Source: a virus
Virus genome (UHGV): UHGV-0124616
DNA: 36,013 nucleotides
Direction: 5' to 3' (one strand)
How positions within the stretch are numbered: the first letter of the stretch is position 1; the number at the start of each line of letters is the position of its first letter. The position numbers and the translations under genes are program-made. Below are positions 1-9,835 of this stretch, in pieces. The notes beneath the pieces were generated by a model. That model was not told where the DNA came from. It saw only the letters and a program-made list of their open reading frames with translations, and made no database searches.

Positions 1-108
1 TGCGCAAGAGGAACAGTGCTCAAGTACAACCGAGACAGCAAAGGCGAGCGTCACGTAATAGTTAACGGCGTCCTGATGGTCAAACAAGGCAAGAGGGGAA
101 GACGATGA
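1..108 (+). CDS. ninH: NinH-like protein, 3' partial gene (C-terminal 35 codons present)
   Basis: Frame 1 reads ...CARGTVLKYNRDSKGERHVIVNGVLMVKQGKRGRR*, resembling the C-terminus of lambda NinH as I recall it. Stop TGA (106-108) overlaps the Q ATG (ATGA coupling). Confidence 0.45.
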   Translation, partial: CARGTVLKYNRDSKGERHVIVNGVLMVKQGKRGRR

Positions 109-593
109 GCATAAGAGAACTAAACCTCACCAAAGAGCAGCACGAGTGGCTGAATGGCTGGCTTGAACTGTGGGGCGCATGGGTTTATTCAGGTCGTCTG
201 GAAAAGCGCATGAGCAGCGTAATAGCGAAGTTCATGGAGAGCGTAGAGCCGGGAAGAGTTATGACAAGGGCAATGTGTAATGATGATGATGGAATGTTGA
301 TTTCTCGGGTCGTCGATTCCGTCATGTACATTGACAAGAAAGCCTTTGGAATCCTCCTCAGCTACTACGCTCATGGCTCTTCCAAGCACGCCATTGCATC
401 TTACTATCATCGCGTCGCAAGACCTCGCAAGATGTTATGCCGTGGCGGCGGGCGCATTCAAAAACCATCGCTCGCAACCTGTCGACGGGAAGTTGACGAA
501 ATCCTTAATGCCTCGTTGTTTATGATTTACCCGGTTCTGGATAGTGCGTTTAAAAATCGGAAACGTGTAGAGAAAATTAAACATGTAGCATAG
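105..593 (+). CDS. Late-gene antitermination protein Q (933W/H-19B-type Q family, not lambda-Q type)
   Basis: 162-aa ORF immediately upstream of the lysis cassette, after a nin-region gene. WGAW and CNDDDGM motifs resemble the 933W-type Q as recalled. RBS GAGGGGAAG upstream. Confidence 0.7.
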   Translation: MSIRELNLTKEQHEWLNGWLELWGAWVYSGRLEKRMSSVIAKFMESVEPGRVMTRAMCNDDDGMLISRVVDSVMYIDKKAFGILLSYYAHGSSKHAIASYYHRVARPRKMLCRGGGRIQKPSLATCRREVDEILNASLFMIYPVLDSAFKNRKRVEKIKHVA

Positions 594-599
594 AACGTG

Positions 600-684
600 T
601 TGACATCATTGAGCAAATGAGCAACACTATTGGCATAAGCTGCCGTTAGTGACTCTTAAGTTGCAACGGTGGCTTTTTTTATTT
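600..684 (+). promoter_or_regulatory. Candidate late promoter / Q-utilisation region (pR'-like) with a T-run
   Basis: Consensus -35 hexamer TTGACA at 600-605 directly after the Q stop. Partially palindromic segment (GTTGCAAC) followed by GGTGGCTTTTTTT at 662-680. No convincing -10 found, so the exact promoter is not resolved. Confidence 0.3.
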
Positions 685-759
685 GGGTCAGTCGTATAAA
701 GGTCATTACGGAAGGCTGTTAACCTTCTTATCGTGGTTCGAGTCCACGCTGTCCCGCCA
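685..759 (+). tRNA. tRNA-Asn (anticodon GUU), possibly degenerate
   Basis: Hand-folded cloverleaf: perfect 5-bp anticodon stem GAAGG/CCTTC with loop CTGTTAA; T-arm CGTGG-TTCGAGT-CCACG; 3' GCCA. The acceptor stem GGGTCAG/CTGTCCC has one central mismatch and the D-stem is only 3 bp. Confidence 0.55.
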
Positions 760-764
760 AATAT

Positions 765-840
765 GCTGGTTTAGCTCCAATGGTAGAGCAGTCGCCTTGT
801 AAGCGAATGGGTAGCGGTTCAAGTCCGTTAACCAGCACCA
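765..840 (+). tRNA. tRNA-Thr (anticodon UGU)
   Basis: Hand-folded 76-nt cloverleaf: perfect 7-bp acceptor stem GCTGGTT/AACCAGC; D-arm GCTC-CAATGGTA-GAGC; anticodon loop CTTGTAA; T-arm AGCGG-TTCAAGT-CCGTT; discriminator A plus CCA. Confidence 0.7.
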
Positions 841-1082
841 TAACTGAGCCGTAGCCACTGGCTATCCTGAACTCATCAGTGATAGTTACGCTGCGGCCTT
901 CTACACATGATCTTCGTGAAAGCGGGTGGCAAGAGGCTGCGCTAACAACCTCCTGCCGTTTTGCCCGTGCATATCGGTCACGAACAAATCTGATTACTAA
1001 ACACAGTAGCCTGGATTTGTTCTATCAGTAATCGACCTTATTCCTAATTAAATAGAGCAAATCCCCTTATTGGGGGTAAGAC

Positions 1083-1406
1083 ATGAAGATGCCAGAAAAA
1101 CATGACCTGTTAGCCGCCATTCTCGCGGCAAAGGAACAAGGCATCGGGGCAATCCTTGCGTTTGCAATGGCGTACCTTCGCGGCAGATATAATGGCGGTG
1201 CGTTTACAAAAACAGTAATCGACGCAACGATGTGCGCCATTATCGCCTGGTTCATTCGTGACCTTCTCGACTTCGCCGGACTAAGTAGCAATCTCGCTTA
1301 TATAACAAGCGTGTTCATCGGCTACATCGGTACTGACTCGATTGGTTCGCTTATCAAACGCTTCGCTGCTAAAAAAGCCGGAGTAGAAGATGGTGGAAAT
1401 CAATAA
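1083..1406 (+). CDS. S: Holin, lambda S type (class I)
   Basis: 107-aa ORF with the Met-Lys-Met dual-start motif (MKMPEKHD...) and near-identity to lambda S as recalled. Upstream leader 841-1082 also matches the lambda S upstream region as recalled. Confidence 0.95.
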   Translation: MKMPEKHDLLAAILAAKEQGIGAILAFAMAYLRGRYNGGAFTKTVIDATMCAIIAWFIRDLLDFAGLSSNLAYITSVFIGYIGTDSIGSLIKRFAAKKAGVEDGGNQ

Positions 1407-1866
1407 TCAACGTAAGGCGTTCCTCGATATGCTGGCGTGGTCAGAAGGAACAGATAACGGACGGCAGAAAACCAGAAATCACGGTTATGATGTTATTGTC
1501 GGTGGCGAGCTGTTCACTGATTACTCCGATCACCCCCGCAAACTTGTCACGCTAAATCCGAAACTCAAATCAACAGCCGCCGGACGTTACCAGCTTCTTT
1601 CCCGTTGGTGGGATGCCTATCGTAAGCAGCTTGGCCTGAAAGACTTCTCTCCGAAAAGCCAGGACGCTGTGGCATTGCAGCAGATTAAAGAGCGTGGCGC
1701 TTTACCGATGATTGATCGCGGTGATATTCGTCAGGCAATTGACCGTTGCAGCAATATCTGGGCTTCACTGCCGGGCGCTGGTTATGGTCAGTTCGAGCAT
1801 AAGGCTGACAGCCTGATTGCAAAATTCAAAGAAGCAGGCGGAACGGTCAGAGAGATTGAGGTATGA
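1390..1866 (+). CDS. R: Endolysin, lambda R-type lytic transglycosylase
   Basis: 158 aa, [39 protein letters not shown]..., near-identical to lambda R as recalled. Overlaps the S stop. Confidence 0.95.
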   Translation: MVEINNQRKAFLDMLAWSEGTDNGRQKTRNHGYDVIVGGELFTDYSDHPRKLVTLNPKLKSTAAGRYQLLSRWWDAYRKQLGLKDFSPKSQDAVALQQIKERGALPMIDRGDIRQAIDRCSNIWASLPGAGYGQFEHKADSLIAKFKEAGGTVREIEV

Positions 1867-2300
1867 GCAGAGTAACCGCGATTATCTCCGCTCTGGTTAT
1901 CTGCATCATCGTCTGTCTGTCATGGGCTGTTAATCATTACCGTGATAACGCCATCTCCTACAAAGAGCAGCGCGATAAAGCCACATCCACAATCGCTGAC
2001 ATGCAGAAGCGTCAACGTGATGTAGCAGAACTTGACGCCAGATACACAAAGGAGCTTGCTGATGCTAACGCGACTATCGAAAGTCTCCGTGCTGATGTTT
2101 CTGCTGGTCGTAAGCGCCTGCAAGTCGCCGCCACCTGTGCAAAGTCAACGACCGGAGCCAGCGGCATGGGCGATGGAGAAAGCCCAAGACTTACAGCAGA
2201 TGCTGAACTCAATTATTACCGTCTCCGAAGTGGAATCGACAGAATAACCGCGCAGGTTAACTACCTGCAGGAATACATCAGGACGCAATGCCTTCGATGA
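1863..2300 (+). CDS. Rz: Spanin inner-membrane subunit Rz (i-spanin)
   Basis: 145 aa with an N-terminal TM segment ([17 protein letters not shown]) and coiled-coil remainder. ATGA overlap with R. Synteny S-R-Rz. Confidence 0.9.
   Translation: MSRVTAIISALVICIIVCLSWAVNHYRDNAISYKEQRDKATSTIADMQKRQRDVAELDARYTKELADANATIESLRADVSAGRKRLQVAATCAKSTTGASGMGDGESPRLTADAELNYYRLRSGIDRITAQVNYLQEYIRTQCLR
2062..2247 (+). CDS. Rz1: Spanin outer-membrane lipoprotein Rz1 (o-spanin), embedded in Rz in +1 frame
   Basis: Internal ATG at 2062 with RBS GGAG 7 nt upstream. Signal peptide [20 protein letters not shown] with lipobox-like VSAC, followed by a proline-rich mature part. Lies entirely inside Rz. Confidence 0.8.
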   Translation: MLTRLSKVSVLMFLLVVSACKSPPPVQSQRPEPAAWAMEKAQDLQQMLNSIITVSEVESTE

Positions 2301-2474
2301 TAGCGATAATTTTACTCATCATCCTTCACATCTGGCTCTGTAGACAGGGTGGTGATCACTTCTGGAGTGAATCCAGATTAAACATCTCATTGCTGATGCT
2401 TGATATTGAGCATCTGGCGCGCAGTAAGGGGCTGCGTTGAGATAAGAGCCAGTTCATTACAAATACCAGGATTT

Positions 2475-2498
2475 AGCCTCGCATTCGCGGGGCTTTTT
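2475..2498 (+). terminator. Rho-independent terminator downstream of the lysis cassette
   Basis: Hairpin GCCTCGC-ATTC-GCGGGGC followed by TTTTT. The same 16-nt core recurs inverted at 23457-23472. Confidence 0.5.
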
Positions 2499-2642
2499 AT
2501 ATCTGAATTTCACAGCGCATCTCACGCGCATATTAACGAGAGCCTTTCAGTAAGCGAGCCTGAGAAATGCCGTTATAGGTGGCGACCTCTCTCGGGCGGC
2601 TTTTCTGTGAGACAGGCTCACTTTCTAAAAGGTAAAGACGCT

Positions 2643-3167
2643 ATGAATAATCATTCAGTTATTCCAGCCTTCGACTTCCGAGAAATGGTGCAAGCCAAAA
2701 ACGGAGAGGTCGTTACCACATCCAGAAAAATTGCCAAGTACTTCGGCAAGCGACACGGTGATGTTCTCAGGAAAATCGAGCAGGTTAAGGCTGATTGCTC
2801 GCGTGAGTTTAGCCAACGCAATTTTGCGTCGGCTGATTATATCGATGAGCAGGGCAAGGTTCGCCCGATGTACAGCCTGACGAAAGATGGCTGGATCATG
2901 GTTGTGATGGGGTTCACCGGGAAAGCTGCTGCGGCAATCAAGGAGAGCTATATCGCAGCATTCAACTGGATGGCAGAGCAACTGAGCCGCCGCATGGCAA
3001 TTGGCGAAGAAATGCAGCACCGCTACGCCATCAAAGAAACACGCTCAAAGCTGAAAGGTACGATCGGCAGTCGGTTAATGAACGAACGGAAGAAAGAGAA
3101 GCGTGTCCTGGCTGTCGAGCATGAATACATCTTGCAGGTGACGCAGCCCGAATTGCTGATTAATTGA
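2643..3167 (+). CDS. rha: Rha family phage regulatory protein (antirepressor-like)
   Basis: 174 aa from the internal ATG of ORF 2400..3167. Motif SRKIAKYFGKRHGDVLRKIE is typical of the Rha N-terminal domain. The upstream 81 codons of the track ORF are regarded as non-coding leader. Confidence 0.75.
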   Translation: MNNHSVIPAFDFREMVQAKNGEVVTTSRKIAKYFGKRHGDVLRKIEQVKADCSREFSQRNFASADYIDEQGKVRPMYSLTKDGWIMVVMGFTGKAAAAIKESYIAAFNWMAEQLSRRMAIGEEMQHRYAIKETRSKLKGTIGSRLMNERKKEKRVLAVEHEYILQVTQPELLIN

Positions 3168-3397
3168 AGATGCCATCACAAAGCCCATCTACGGGTGGGC
3201 TTGATAATGAAACCGGAATTTATTCTGGGCAACCAGTTACGGCAGTACAGCGAAACAACCCAAGCCAGTAAGTGGGGAAATAACACTGTCAGCCACTGAA
3301 AGATGAACCTCCAGCCTTATGGCAAAAAAGATTCTTTGTGGTGGCGGACTGATGGAAAGACATCCTAATCAAGCAACCACTCTACAGGGTCATAATT

Positions 3398-3769
3398 ATG
3401 AACGACCAGCAAATCGAAAAAGAAATCGTTGAGAAAGGCAAAACGGCACCGCGAGTTACGCCAGACCATATCGAAGGAATTATTGCTCAGGAGGCATATT
3501 TCACAGCAGAGGATGGTGCCTTTGGCAAAGCCATAAAAGAGAAACATACTGGCGGAGAGGTAAACTACCAGCCGCACGAATCACTTTCTCTGCTGACGTT
3601 CTGCGTCCTGGTGCTGCGCAACGGCTTCACCGTCACCGGAGAGAGTGCCTGTGCAAGTCCGGAAAATTTTGATGCAGAAATTGGTCGGAAGATTGCCCGG
3701 CAGAATGCTGTAAACAAAATCTGGATGCTCGAAGGTTACTTGCTGAAGCAGAAGCTAAGCGAACAGTAG
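3398..3769 (+). CDS. Hypothetical phage protein (possibly Sf6 gene 66 / N4 gp49 family)
   Basis: 123-aa ORF in the lysis-to-terminase accessory slot. Family assignment is from memory of the Sf6 gene order and is unverified. Confidence 0.45.
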   Translation: MNDQQIEKEIVEKGKTAPRVTPDHIEGIIAQEAYFTAEDGAFGKAIKEKHTGGEVNYQPHESLSLLTFCVLVLRNGFTVTGESACASPENFDAEIGRKIARQNAVNKIWMLEGYLLKQKLSEQ

Positions 3770-3872
3770 TTATTACAAAAGCCATTCCTTACTGAGTGGC
3801 TTTGATAATGGCTTATACCCTACACGGGATAACTTAACTGATATCCCTTTTAACGGATAAACGGAGCCAACA

Positions 3873-4115
3873 ATGGCAGAGATTATTCCCATGACTGAAG
3901 AACAGAAATTCCAGTTAGAGATTTACAAGCTGGTCATGAACCAGAACGCAGCCGCAGAAGAAGCATTTCAGTTCATTGGTACTGACGAGCTGAAGCTTGA
4001 GCTATTCAAAATTCACTTCCAGTCAGGCGGCGCTAATTCAGATATCACGACCCGCACTATCGAAGCGGTGCGTAAATCGAAGGAAGCGTTAGACCTGTTC
4101 ACCGCTGGAGTGTGA
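3873..4115 (+). CDS. Hypothetical protein (80 aa), first gene of a tightly coupled 3-gene cassette
   Basis: RBS GGAG 7 nt upstream. Stop at 4113-4115 is 1 nt before the next ATG at 4117. Confidence 0.5.
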   Translation: MAEIIPMTEEQKFQLEIYKLVMNQNAAAEEAFQFIGTDELKLELFKIHFQSGGANSDITTRTIEAVRKSKEALDLFTAGV

Positions 4116-4116
4116 T

Positions 4117-4506
4117 ATGGCTAAGGCCAAATGGCACAAACTCCCGGCGTTCACCATTCCGCTGTTTCAAAGTGCACACGTCTACCTCGCAACAACCAGA
4201 GAACAGTTTCAGCACGCTGATAAATTCCTTGGCGGCAGCGGGGATGAGAAGCCATTCAATCTTGGGCTTGCAAGCAGCTATGAAAACACTGATACGGGTG
4301 AGCGATGCTATCTGATTGGAGTATTCGATCAGCAGATCGCTACGCTCGTTCATGAGTGCGCCCACGTCTGCTTTTACGTTTGCTCTGATGTCGGCGTGAC
4401 GACAAGGCCTGAAGATGCCAACGAGACGTACTGTTACATGCTGGACAGGATGGTTAATCACTTCCTGCCATTCATTCAGGAGAAACAAGATGCATCACTG
4501 GAATAA
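4117..4506 (+). CDS. Hypothetical protein with HExxH motif (HECAH); possible small zinc metallopeptidase-like protein
   Basis: 129-aa ORF with RBS GGAG. Contains ...IATLVHECAHVCFYVC..., a zincin-like HExxH signature. No recognizable homolog from memory. Confidence 0.5.
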   Translation: MAKAKWHKLPAFTIPLFQSAHVYLATTREQFQHADKFLGGSGDEKPFNLGLASSYENTDTGERCYLIGVFDQQIATLVHECAHVCFYVCSDVGVTTRPEDANETYCYMLDRMVNHFLPFIQEKQDASLE

Positions 4507-4684
4507 TCAATCCCCTTATTGCCAATGCCAACGCTGCCCGTGCTGCGGGAAGATTGTTAACCAATTTACTGGCAACAATTTCTTCAAGACTGGTTATGGA
4601 TATGGTGTTGCGGGTAGCATTAATTGCTCTGGGGCTGCTGCTGAAACGACATCAAACACAGGCAAGCAGGAAGGAGCTAAGTAA
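4490..4684 (+). CDS. Small Cys-rich protein (64 aa), putative zinc-ribbon
   Basis: Internal ATG of ORF 4415..4684 with strong RBS AGGAG 7 nt upstream. CQCQRCPCCGK motif. Overlaps the 3' end of the HExxH gene by 17 nt. Confidence 0.4.
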   Translation: MHHWNNQSPYCQCQRCPCCGKIVNQFTGNNFFKTGYGYGVAGSINCSGAAAETTSNTGKQEGAK

Positions 4685-4778
4685 TGGTAATCAACGTTTG
4701 TTCAGGCTCTCAGGGCTTCGACAACCCATCCAAATTCCGCGATGAATGGGATAAGCAAGCAGAAGGGAAATAATCAAT

Positions 4779-5267
4779 ATGGCAGCACCAAAGGGCAACC
4801 GATTTTGGGAGGCCCGCAGTAGTCATGGGCGAAATCCTAAATTCGAATCGCCTGAGGCGCTGTGGGCTGCTTGTTGTGAATACTTCGAGTGGGCTGATGA
4901 TAACCCGTTATGGGAGGGTAAGGTATTTTCATATCAGGGAGAAATAATTAAGGCTAATGTCCCTAAGATGCGAGCCATGACTATTTCAGGATTGTGTACC
5001 TTCCTTGATATCACCAGGCAAACATGGGGAACCTTCCGGTCAATGGAAGGTTTTTCTGACGTCACATCACGAGCGGAAGACATCATCTACGACCAGAAAT
5101 TCTCTGGCGCAGCCGCTGACCTTCTCAACGCTAACATCATCGCCCGTGATTTGGGCCTCAAAGAGCAGTCGCAAGTTGAAGACGTGACACCTGATAAGGG
5201 AGATCGCGATAAGCGACGCTCTCGTATCAAGGAGCTATTCAACCGTGGAACTGGACGCGATTCTTGA
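4779..5267 (+). CDS. Terminase small subunit (P22 gp3-like)
   Basis: 162 aa, same length as P22 gp3. Lies immediately upstream of and overlapping the large terminase. Confidence 0.85.
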   Translation: MAAPKGNRFWEARSSHGRNPKFESPEALWAACCEYFEWADDNPLWEGKVFSYQGEIIKANVPKMRAMTISGLCTFLDITRQTWGTFRSMEGFSDVTSRAEDIIYDQKFSGAAADLLNANIIARDLGLKEQSQVEDVTPDKGDRDKRRSRIKELFNRGTGRDS

Positions 5268-6744
5268 TAACCTGAGCGACGAAGAGCAAATCGAATTGCT
5301 CGAGCTACTCGAAGAAGAAGAAAACTACCGGAACACACACCTGCTATATGAATTTACGCCATACAGCAAACAGCGTGAGTTCATCGACGCCGGGCATGAC
5401 TATCCAGAGCGATGTTTTATGGCTGGTAACCAGCTTGGTAAGTCATTTACTGGTGCTGCTGAAGTCGCGTTTCACCTTACCGGGCGTTATCCGGGCACAA
5501 AAGGCTATCCTGCTGATGGTAAATATGGCGGTGAGTGGAAAGGTAAGCGTTTCTATGAGCCTGTTGTCTTCTGGATTGGCGGCGAGACAAACGAGACTGT
5601 AACCAAAACGACTCAACGCATCCTGTGCGGTCGTATCGAAGAGAATGATGAACCTGGCTACGGTTCCATACCGAAAGAAGACATCATTAGCTGGAAGAAG
5701 TCTCCTTTCTTTCCGAACCTTGTTGATCATCTTCTGGTTAAGCATCACACGGCTGATGGCGTTGAAGATGGCATTTCAATCTGCTACTTCAAGCCATACT
5801 CGCAAGGCCGTGCTCGCTGGCAGGGTGACACAATCCACGGCGTGTGGTTTGACGAAGAGCCACCATACAGCATTTATGGTGAAGGTCTTACACGTACCAA
5901 CAAATACGGGCAATTCTCAATTCTGACGTTTACCCCGCTGATGGGGATGTCTGACGTTGTTACCAAGTTCCTGAAGAATCCCAGCAAGTCGCAGAAAGTG
6001 GTCAACATGACCATCTATGACGCTGAGCACTACACCGACGAGCAGAAAGAGCAAATCATCGCATCCTATCCTGAGCATGAGAGAGAGGCGCGTGCTCGCG
6101 GTATTCCTACGATGGGTAGCGGGAGAATCTTCCAGATACCGGAAGAGACGATTAAGTGTCAGCCGTTCGAGTGCCCTGATCACTTCTACGTAATTGGCGG
6201 GATGGATTTCGGATGGGATCACCCACAGGCGCAGGTTCAGCTTTGGTGGGATAAGGACGCAGACACAATCTACGTTTCACGCGTGTGGAAGGCGAAAGAA
6301 AAAACAGCCGTTCAGGCATGGGGAGCCGTTAAATCATGGGCGCATAAAGTGCCAACCGCATGGCCTCATGACGGAAACCAGCATGAGAAGGGCGGCGGTG
6401 AGCAGCTCAAAGGGCAGTATGCCGACGCTGGTTTTATGATGTTGCAGGAGCATGCGACATGGCCTGATGGCGGTAACGCTGTTGAGCCTGGCATCACTGA
6501 ATTGCGAGACATGATGCTCGACGGTCGCTTCAAAGTATTCAACACCTGTGAGCCATTCTTTGAGGAGTTCCGCCTCTATCACCGTGATGAAAACGGGAAA
6601 ATCGTCAAGCTTAACGACGACGTGCTATCCGCCGTTCGCTATGCATACATGATGCGCCGCTTCGCAAAAATGATGCGCGACATCAAAAAGCCAAAAGAGA
6701 AAAAGATACCAGCCCCAATCAGGCCCATCGCACGGAGAACTTAA
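5245..6744 (+). CDS. Terminase large subunit (P22 gp2-like)
   Basis: 499 aa, same length as P22 gp2, with acidic N-terminus [26 protein letters not shown]. Synteny TerS-TerL-portal. Confidence 0.95.
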   Translation: MELDAILDNLSDEEQIELLELLEEEENYRNTHLLYEFTPYSKQREFIDAGHDYPERCFMAGNQLGKSFTGAAEVAFHLTGRYPGTKGYPADGKYGGEWKGKRFYEPVVFWIGGETNETVTKTTQRILCGRIEENDEPGYGSIPKEDIISWKKSPFFPNLVDHLLVKHHTADGVEDGISICYFKPYSQGRARWQGDTIHGVWFDEEPPYSIYGEGLTRTNKYGQFSILTFTPLMGMSDVVTKFLKNPSKSQKVVNMTIYDAEHYTDEQKEQIIASYPEHEREARARGIPTMGSGRIFQIPEETIKCQPFECPDHFYVIGGMDFGWDHPQAQVQLWWDKDADTIYVSRVWKAKEKTAVQAWGAVKSWAHKVPTAWPHDGNQHEKGGGEQLKGQYADAGFMMLQEHATWPDGGNAVEPGITELRDMMLDGRFKVFNTCEPFFEEFRLYHRDENGKIVKLNDDVLSAVRYAYMMRRFAKMMRDIKKPKEKKIPAPIRPIARRT

Positions 6745-8910
6745 ATGGCCGACGAAAACAGACTCAATTCCATTCTGTGTAAGTTTGACGCAGACTGGAT
6801 GGCGAGCGATGAAGCCAGAACCGAGGCGACAAATGACCTGTATTTTAGCCGAGTGTCGCAATGGGATGACTGGCTATCAAACTACACCACCCTGCAATAT
6901 CGCGGACAATTCGATGTTGTCCGCCCGGTGGTCAGGAAGTTGGTCGCAGAGATGCGCCGGAACCCTATCGACGTTCTCTTCCGACCAAAAGACGGTGCTA
7001 ATCCTGATGCAGCCGATGTGTTGATGGGGATGTATCGTACTGATATGCGCCATAACACGGCAAAAATTGCCGTTAACATTGGCGTTCGTGAGCAGATAGA
7101 GTCCGGCGTTGGTGCATGGCGTCTGGTCACGCAGTACGAAGACAACGATCCAACAAGCAACAATCAGGTAATTCGACGCCTGCCAATTCATGAAGCCTGC
7201 TCACACGTCATATGGGACGCCAACAGCAAGCAGATGGATAAGAGCGACGCTAAGCACTGCACGGTGATTAACGCCTTGTCGCGCAATGGCTGGAAAGAGT
7301 TTGCAGAGGATTACGGTATTGATCCGGACACCTTGCCATCTTTCCAGAATCCGAACGATACATGGCTGTTTCCGTGGGTATCGAATGATGTCGTCTACGT
7401 CGCTGAGTATTACGAGGTCGAAGAGAAGAAAGAGAAAGTCTTCATCTACCGCGACCCGCTGACAGGTGAGCCGGTAAGCTATTACCAGCAGGATATCAAA
7501 GACGTCATCGACGACCTGGCTAATCGTGGATTCATTAAGGTAGCAGAGCGCAAGGTGAAGCGTCGGCGTGTGTATAAGTCGATCATCACCTGTACGCAGA
7601 TACTGAAAGACCGCGAGAAGATAGCCGGAGAGCATATTCCAATCGTTCCAGTGTATGGTGAATGGTCATTCGCTGGTGACAAGGAGTGCTACGAAGGAGT
7701 GGTAAGGCTGACGAAAGACGGTCAACGCCTTCGTAACATGATCATGTCGTTCAACGCCGATATTGTTGCTCGTTCACCGAAGAAGAAACCGACCTTCTTC
7801 CCTGAGCAAATCGAAGGCTACGAATACATGTACGGTGGAAATGATGACTATCCGTACTATCTGCAGAACAGGACCGATGAAAACGGTAACGACCTGCCGA
7901 TTGGTCCAATCTCCTACATGGAAAACCCTGAAGTGCCGCAAGCCAACGCTTACATGCTTGAGGCTGCCACCAACGCAGTGAAAGAGGTGGCTAGTCTTGG
8001 CGTGGATGCGCAGGCAGCAAACTCTCAGGTCGCTTTCGATACTGTCAATCAACTGAACATGCGAGCAGACCTTGAGACATATGTGTTTCAGGATAACCTG
8101 GCTACCGCAATGCGACGTGATGGCGAGATTTATGCCTCAATGGTCAACGATATTTATGACGTTCCTCGTCATGTAACGCTGACACTTGAAGATGGTAGCG
8201 AGAAAGACGTTCAACTCTACGCGCAAGTTGTCGATTACCAGTCCGGTAATGTGGTCACACTCAACGACATTCGCGGTCGCTATGAGTGCTATACAGACGT
8301 TGGACCATCCTTCCAGAGTATGAAGGAACAGAACCGCGCAGAGATTCAGGAGTTACTCACCAAGGTTCCACAAGGTACTCCAGAGTTCCAGATGCTGATG
8401 CTGCAATACTTCACGCTGCTTGATGGTAAAGGCGTCGAGATGATGCGAGAGTACGCGAACAAGCAACTGGTGATGATGGGGCTGAAGAAACCAGAAACAC
8501 CTGAAGAGATGGAGATGGTACAGCAGGCTCAACAGCAGCCGCAGCAGCCATCAGCAGAGCAAATTCAGGCGCAGGGTATCCTTCTGCAAGGTCAGGCTGA
8601 ATTGCTCAAGGCAGAGAACCAACAGGCGCAGATTCAGGTTGAAGCCGCCAAGGTTGAAGCCCAAAACCAACTCAACGCCGCGAAGATTGCGGAAATCTTC
8701 AACAATATGGACCTCGACAAGCAGGCAGAACTGCGTGAGTACCTCAAGCTCGTAGGTCAATTCCAGCAACAGCGCAGCAAAGATGCTCGTGCTAACGCTG
8801 AGCTGCTTCTTAAAGATGCAGACCAGACTCATTCACAACGCATGGATTTCGCGAATCTTATGCGTCAAGTTCAAATCCCCTCCGGCGGAGTAGCCGAGAC
8901 ACCTCAATAA
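6745..8910 (+). CDS. Portal protein (P22 gp1-like)
   Basis: 721 aa with a Q-rich C-terminal coiled-coil barrel region. Position between TerL and scaffold. Confidence 0.95.
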   Translation: MADENRLNSILCKFDADWMASDEARTEATNDLYFSRVSQWDDWLSNYTTLQYRGQFDVVRPVVRKLVAEMRRNPIDVLFRPKDGANPDAADVLMGMYRTDMRHNTAKIAVNIGVREQIESGVGAWRLVTQYEDNDPTSNNQVIRRLPIHEACSHVIWDANSKQMDKSDAKHCTVINALSRNGWKEFAEDYGIDPDTLPSFQNPNDTWLFPWVSNDVVYVAEYYEVEEKKEKVFIYRDPLTGEPVSYYQQDIKDVIDDLANRGFIKVAERKVKRRRVYKSIITCTQILKDREKIAGEHIPIVPVYGEWSFAGDKECYEGVVRLTKDGQRLRNMIMSFNADIVARSPKKKPTFFPEQIEGYEYMYGGNDDYPYYLQNRTDENGNDLPIGPISYMENPEVPQANAYMLEAATNAVKEVASLGVDAQAANSQVAFDTVNQLNMRADLETYVFQDNLATAMRRDGEIYASMVNDIYDVPRHVTLTLEDGSEKDVQLYAQVVDYQSGNVVTLNDIRGRYECYTDVGPSFQSMKEQNRAEIQELLTKVPQGTPEFQMLMLQYFTLLDGKGVEMMREYANKQLVMMGLKKPETPEEMEMVQQAQQQPQQPSAEQIQAQGILLQGQAELLKAENQQAQIQVEAAKVEAQNQLNAAKIAEIFNNMDLDKQAELREYLKLVGQFQQQRSKDARANAELLLKDADQTHSQRMDFANLMRQVQIPSGGVAETPQ

Positions 8911-8923
8911 GAGAGAGTTAACC

Positions 8924-9835
8924 ATGGACCAAACCACCGACATTCAGGCTTCTGAAGAATTAACCCTGCCCGGCAATCATGCAGCGGCATCTGCTGATGG
9001 CTTAGTTGTCGATAATGCCAACGACAACGCAGGTCAGGAAGAAGGCTTCGAGATTGTCCTGAAAGACGATGAGAAACCAAAACAAGACCCGGCAACTAAT
9101 GCTGAATTTGCCCGTCGCCGCATCGAACGCAAACGCCAGCGTGAGCTTGAGCTGCAGATGGAAGCGGTTAAGCGTGGAGAGTTGCCGGAGCACCTGCGGG
9201 TGAACCCTGAGTTACCAAAACAACCAGACCCTAACGATTATCTTTCCGAAGATGCACTGGCTAAGTACGACTATGACCAGAGCCGCGCACTGGCTGCCTT
9301 CCAGCAAGCAAACAGTGAATGGCAGATCAAGGCTATGGACGCACGAAGCCAGGCTGTCGCCGAGCAGGGTCGCAAAACTCAGGAGTTCACCCAGCAATCA
9401 GCGCAATACGTCGAGGCAGCCCGTAAGCACTACGACGCAGCGGAAAAGCTCAATATCCCTGACTATCAGGAGAAAGAGGATGCATTCATGCAACTGGTGC
9501 CGCCAGCAGTCGGTGCCGACATCATGCGCCTCTTCCCGGAGAAATCCGCTGCTCTCATGTATCACCTTGGTGCTAATCCTGAGAAAACACGCCAGTTGCT
9601 GGCGATGGACGGGCAATCCGCACTGATTGAACTCACTCGACTGTCAGAACGTTTAACTCTCAAGCCTCGAGCCAAGCCTGTTTCAGAAGCCCCGTTACCT
9701 GATGAACCCATTCAGGGACATGCTGTTGCTGCAAATATCTCTGCGATTGAAAAGCAGATGGAAGCGGCAGCAAACAAAGGGGATGTAGAGACGTACCGCA
9801 AGCTCAAGGCGCAACTGAATAAAGGAATTCGATAA
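8924..9835 (+). CDS. Scaffolding protein (P22 gp8-like)
   Basis: 303 aa, same length as P22 gp8. Highly charged and helical. Sits between portal and coat. Confidence 0.9.
   Translation: MDQTTDIQASEELTLPGNHAAASADGLVVDNANDNAGQEEGFEIVLKDDEKPKQDPATNAEFARRRIERKRQRELELQMEAVKRGELPEHLRVNPELPKQPDPNDYLSEDALAKYDYDQSRALAAFQQANSEWQIKAMDARSQAVAEQGRKTQEFTQQSAQYVEAARKHYDAAEKLNIPDYQEKEDAFMQLVPPAVGADIMRLFPEKSAALMYHLGANPEKTRQLLAMDGQSALIELTRLSERLTLKPRAKPVSEAPLPDEPIQGHAVAANISAIEKQMEAAANKGDVETYRKLKAQLNKGIR

Noticed and set aside
685-840. The tRNA genes as the phage attachment core
   Set aside because: They lie between Q and S, about 20 kb from int; the candidate attP is the repeat-flanked region at 21328-21623.
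2400-2642. N-terminal 81-codon extension of the Rha ORF
   Set aside because: The conserved Rha N-terminus begins at the ATG at 2643; the extension contains the terminator hairpin and leader and begins with a non-ATG codon.
4554-4745. 63-aa hydrophobic ORF upstream of TerS
   Set aside because: It starts with TTG, has no RBS, and overlaps the better-supported Cys-rich ORF 4490..4684 in another frame.
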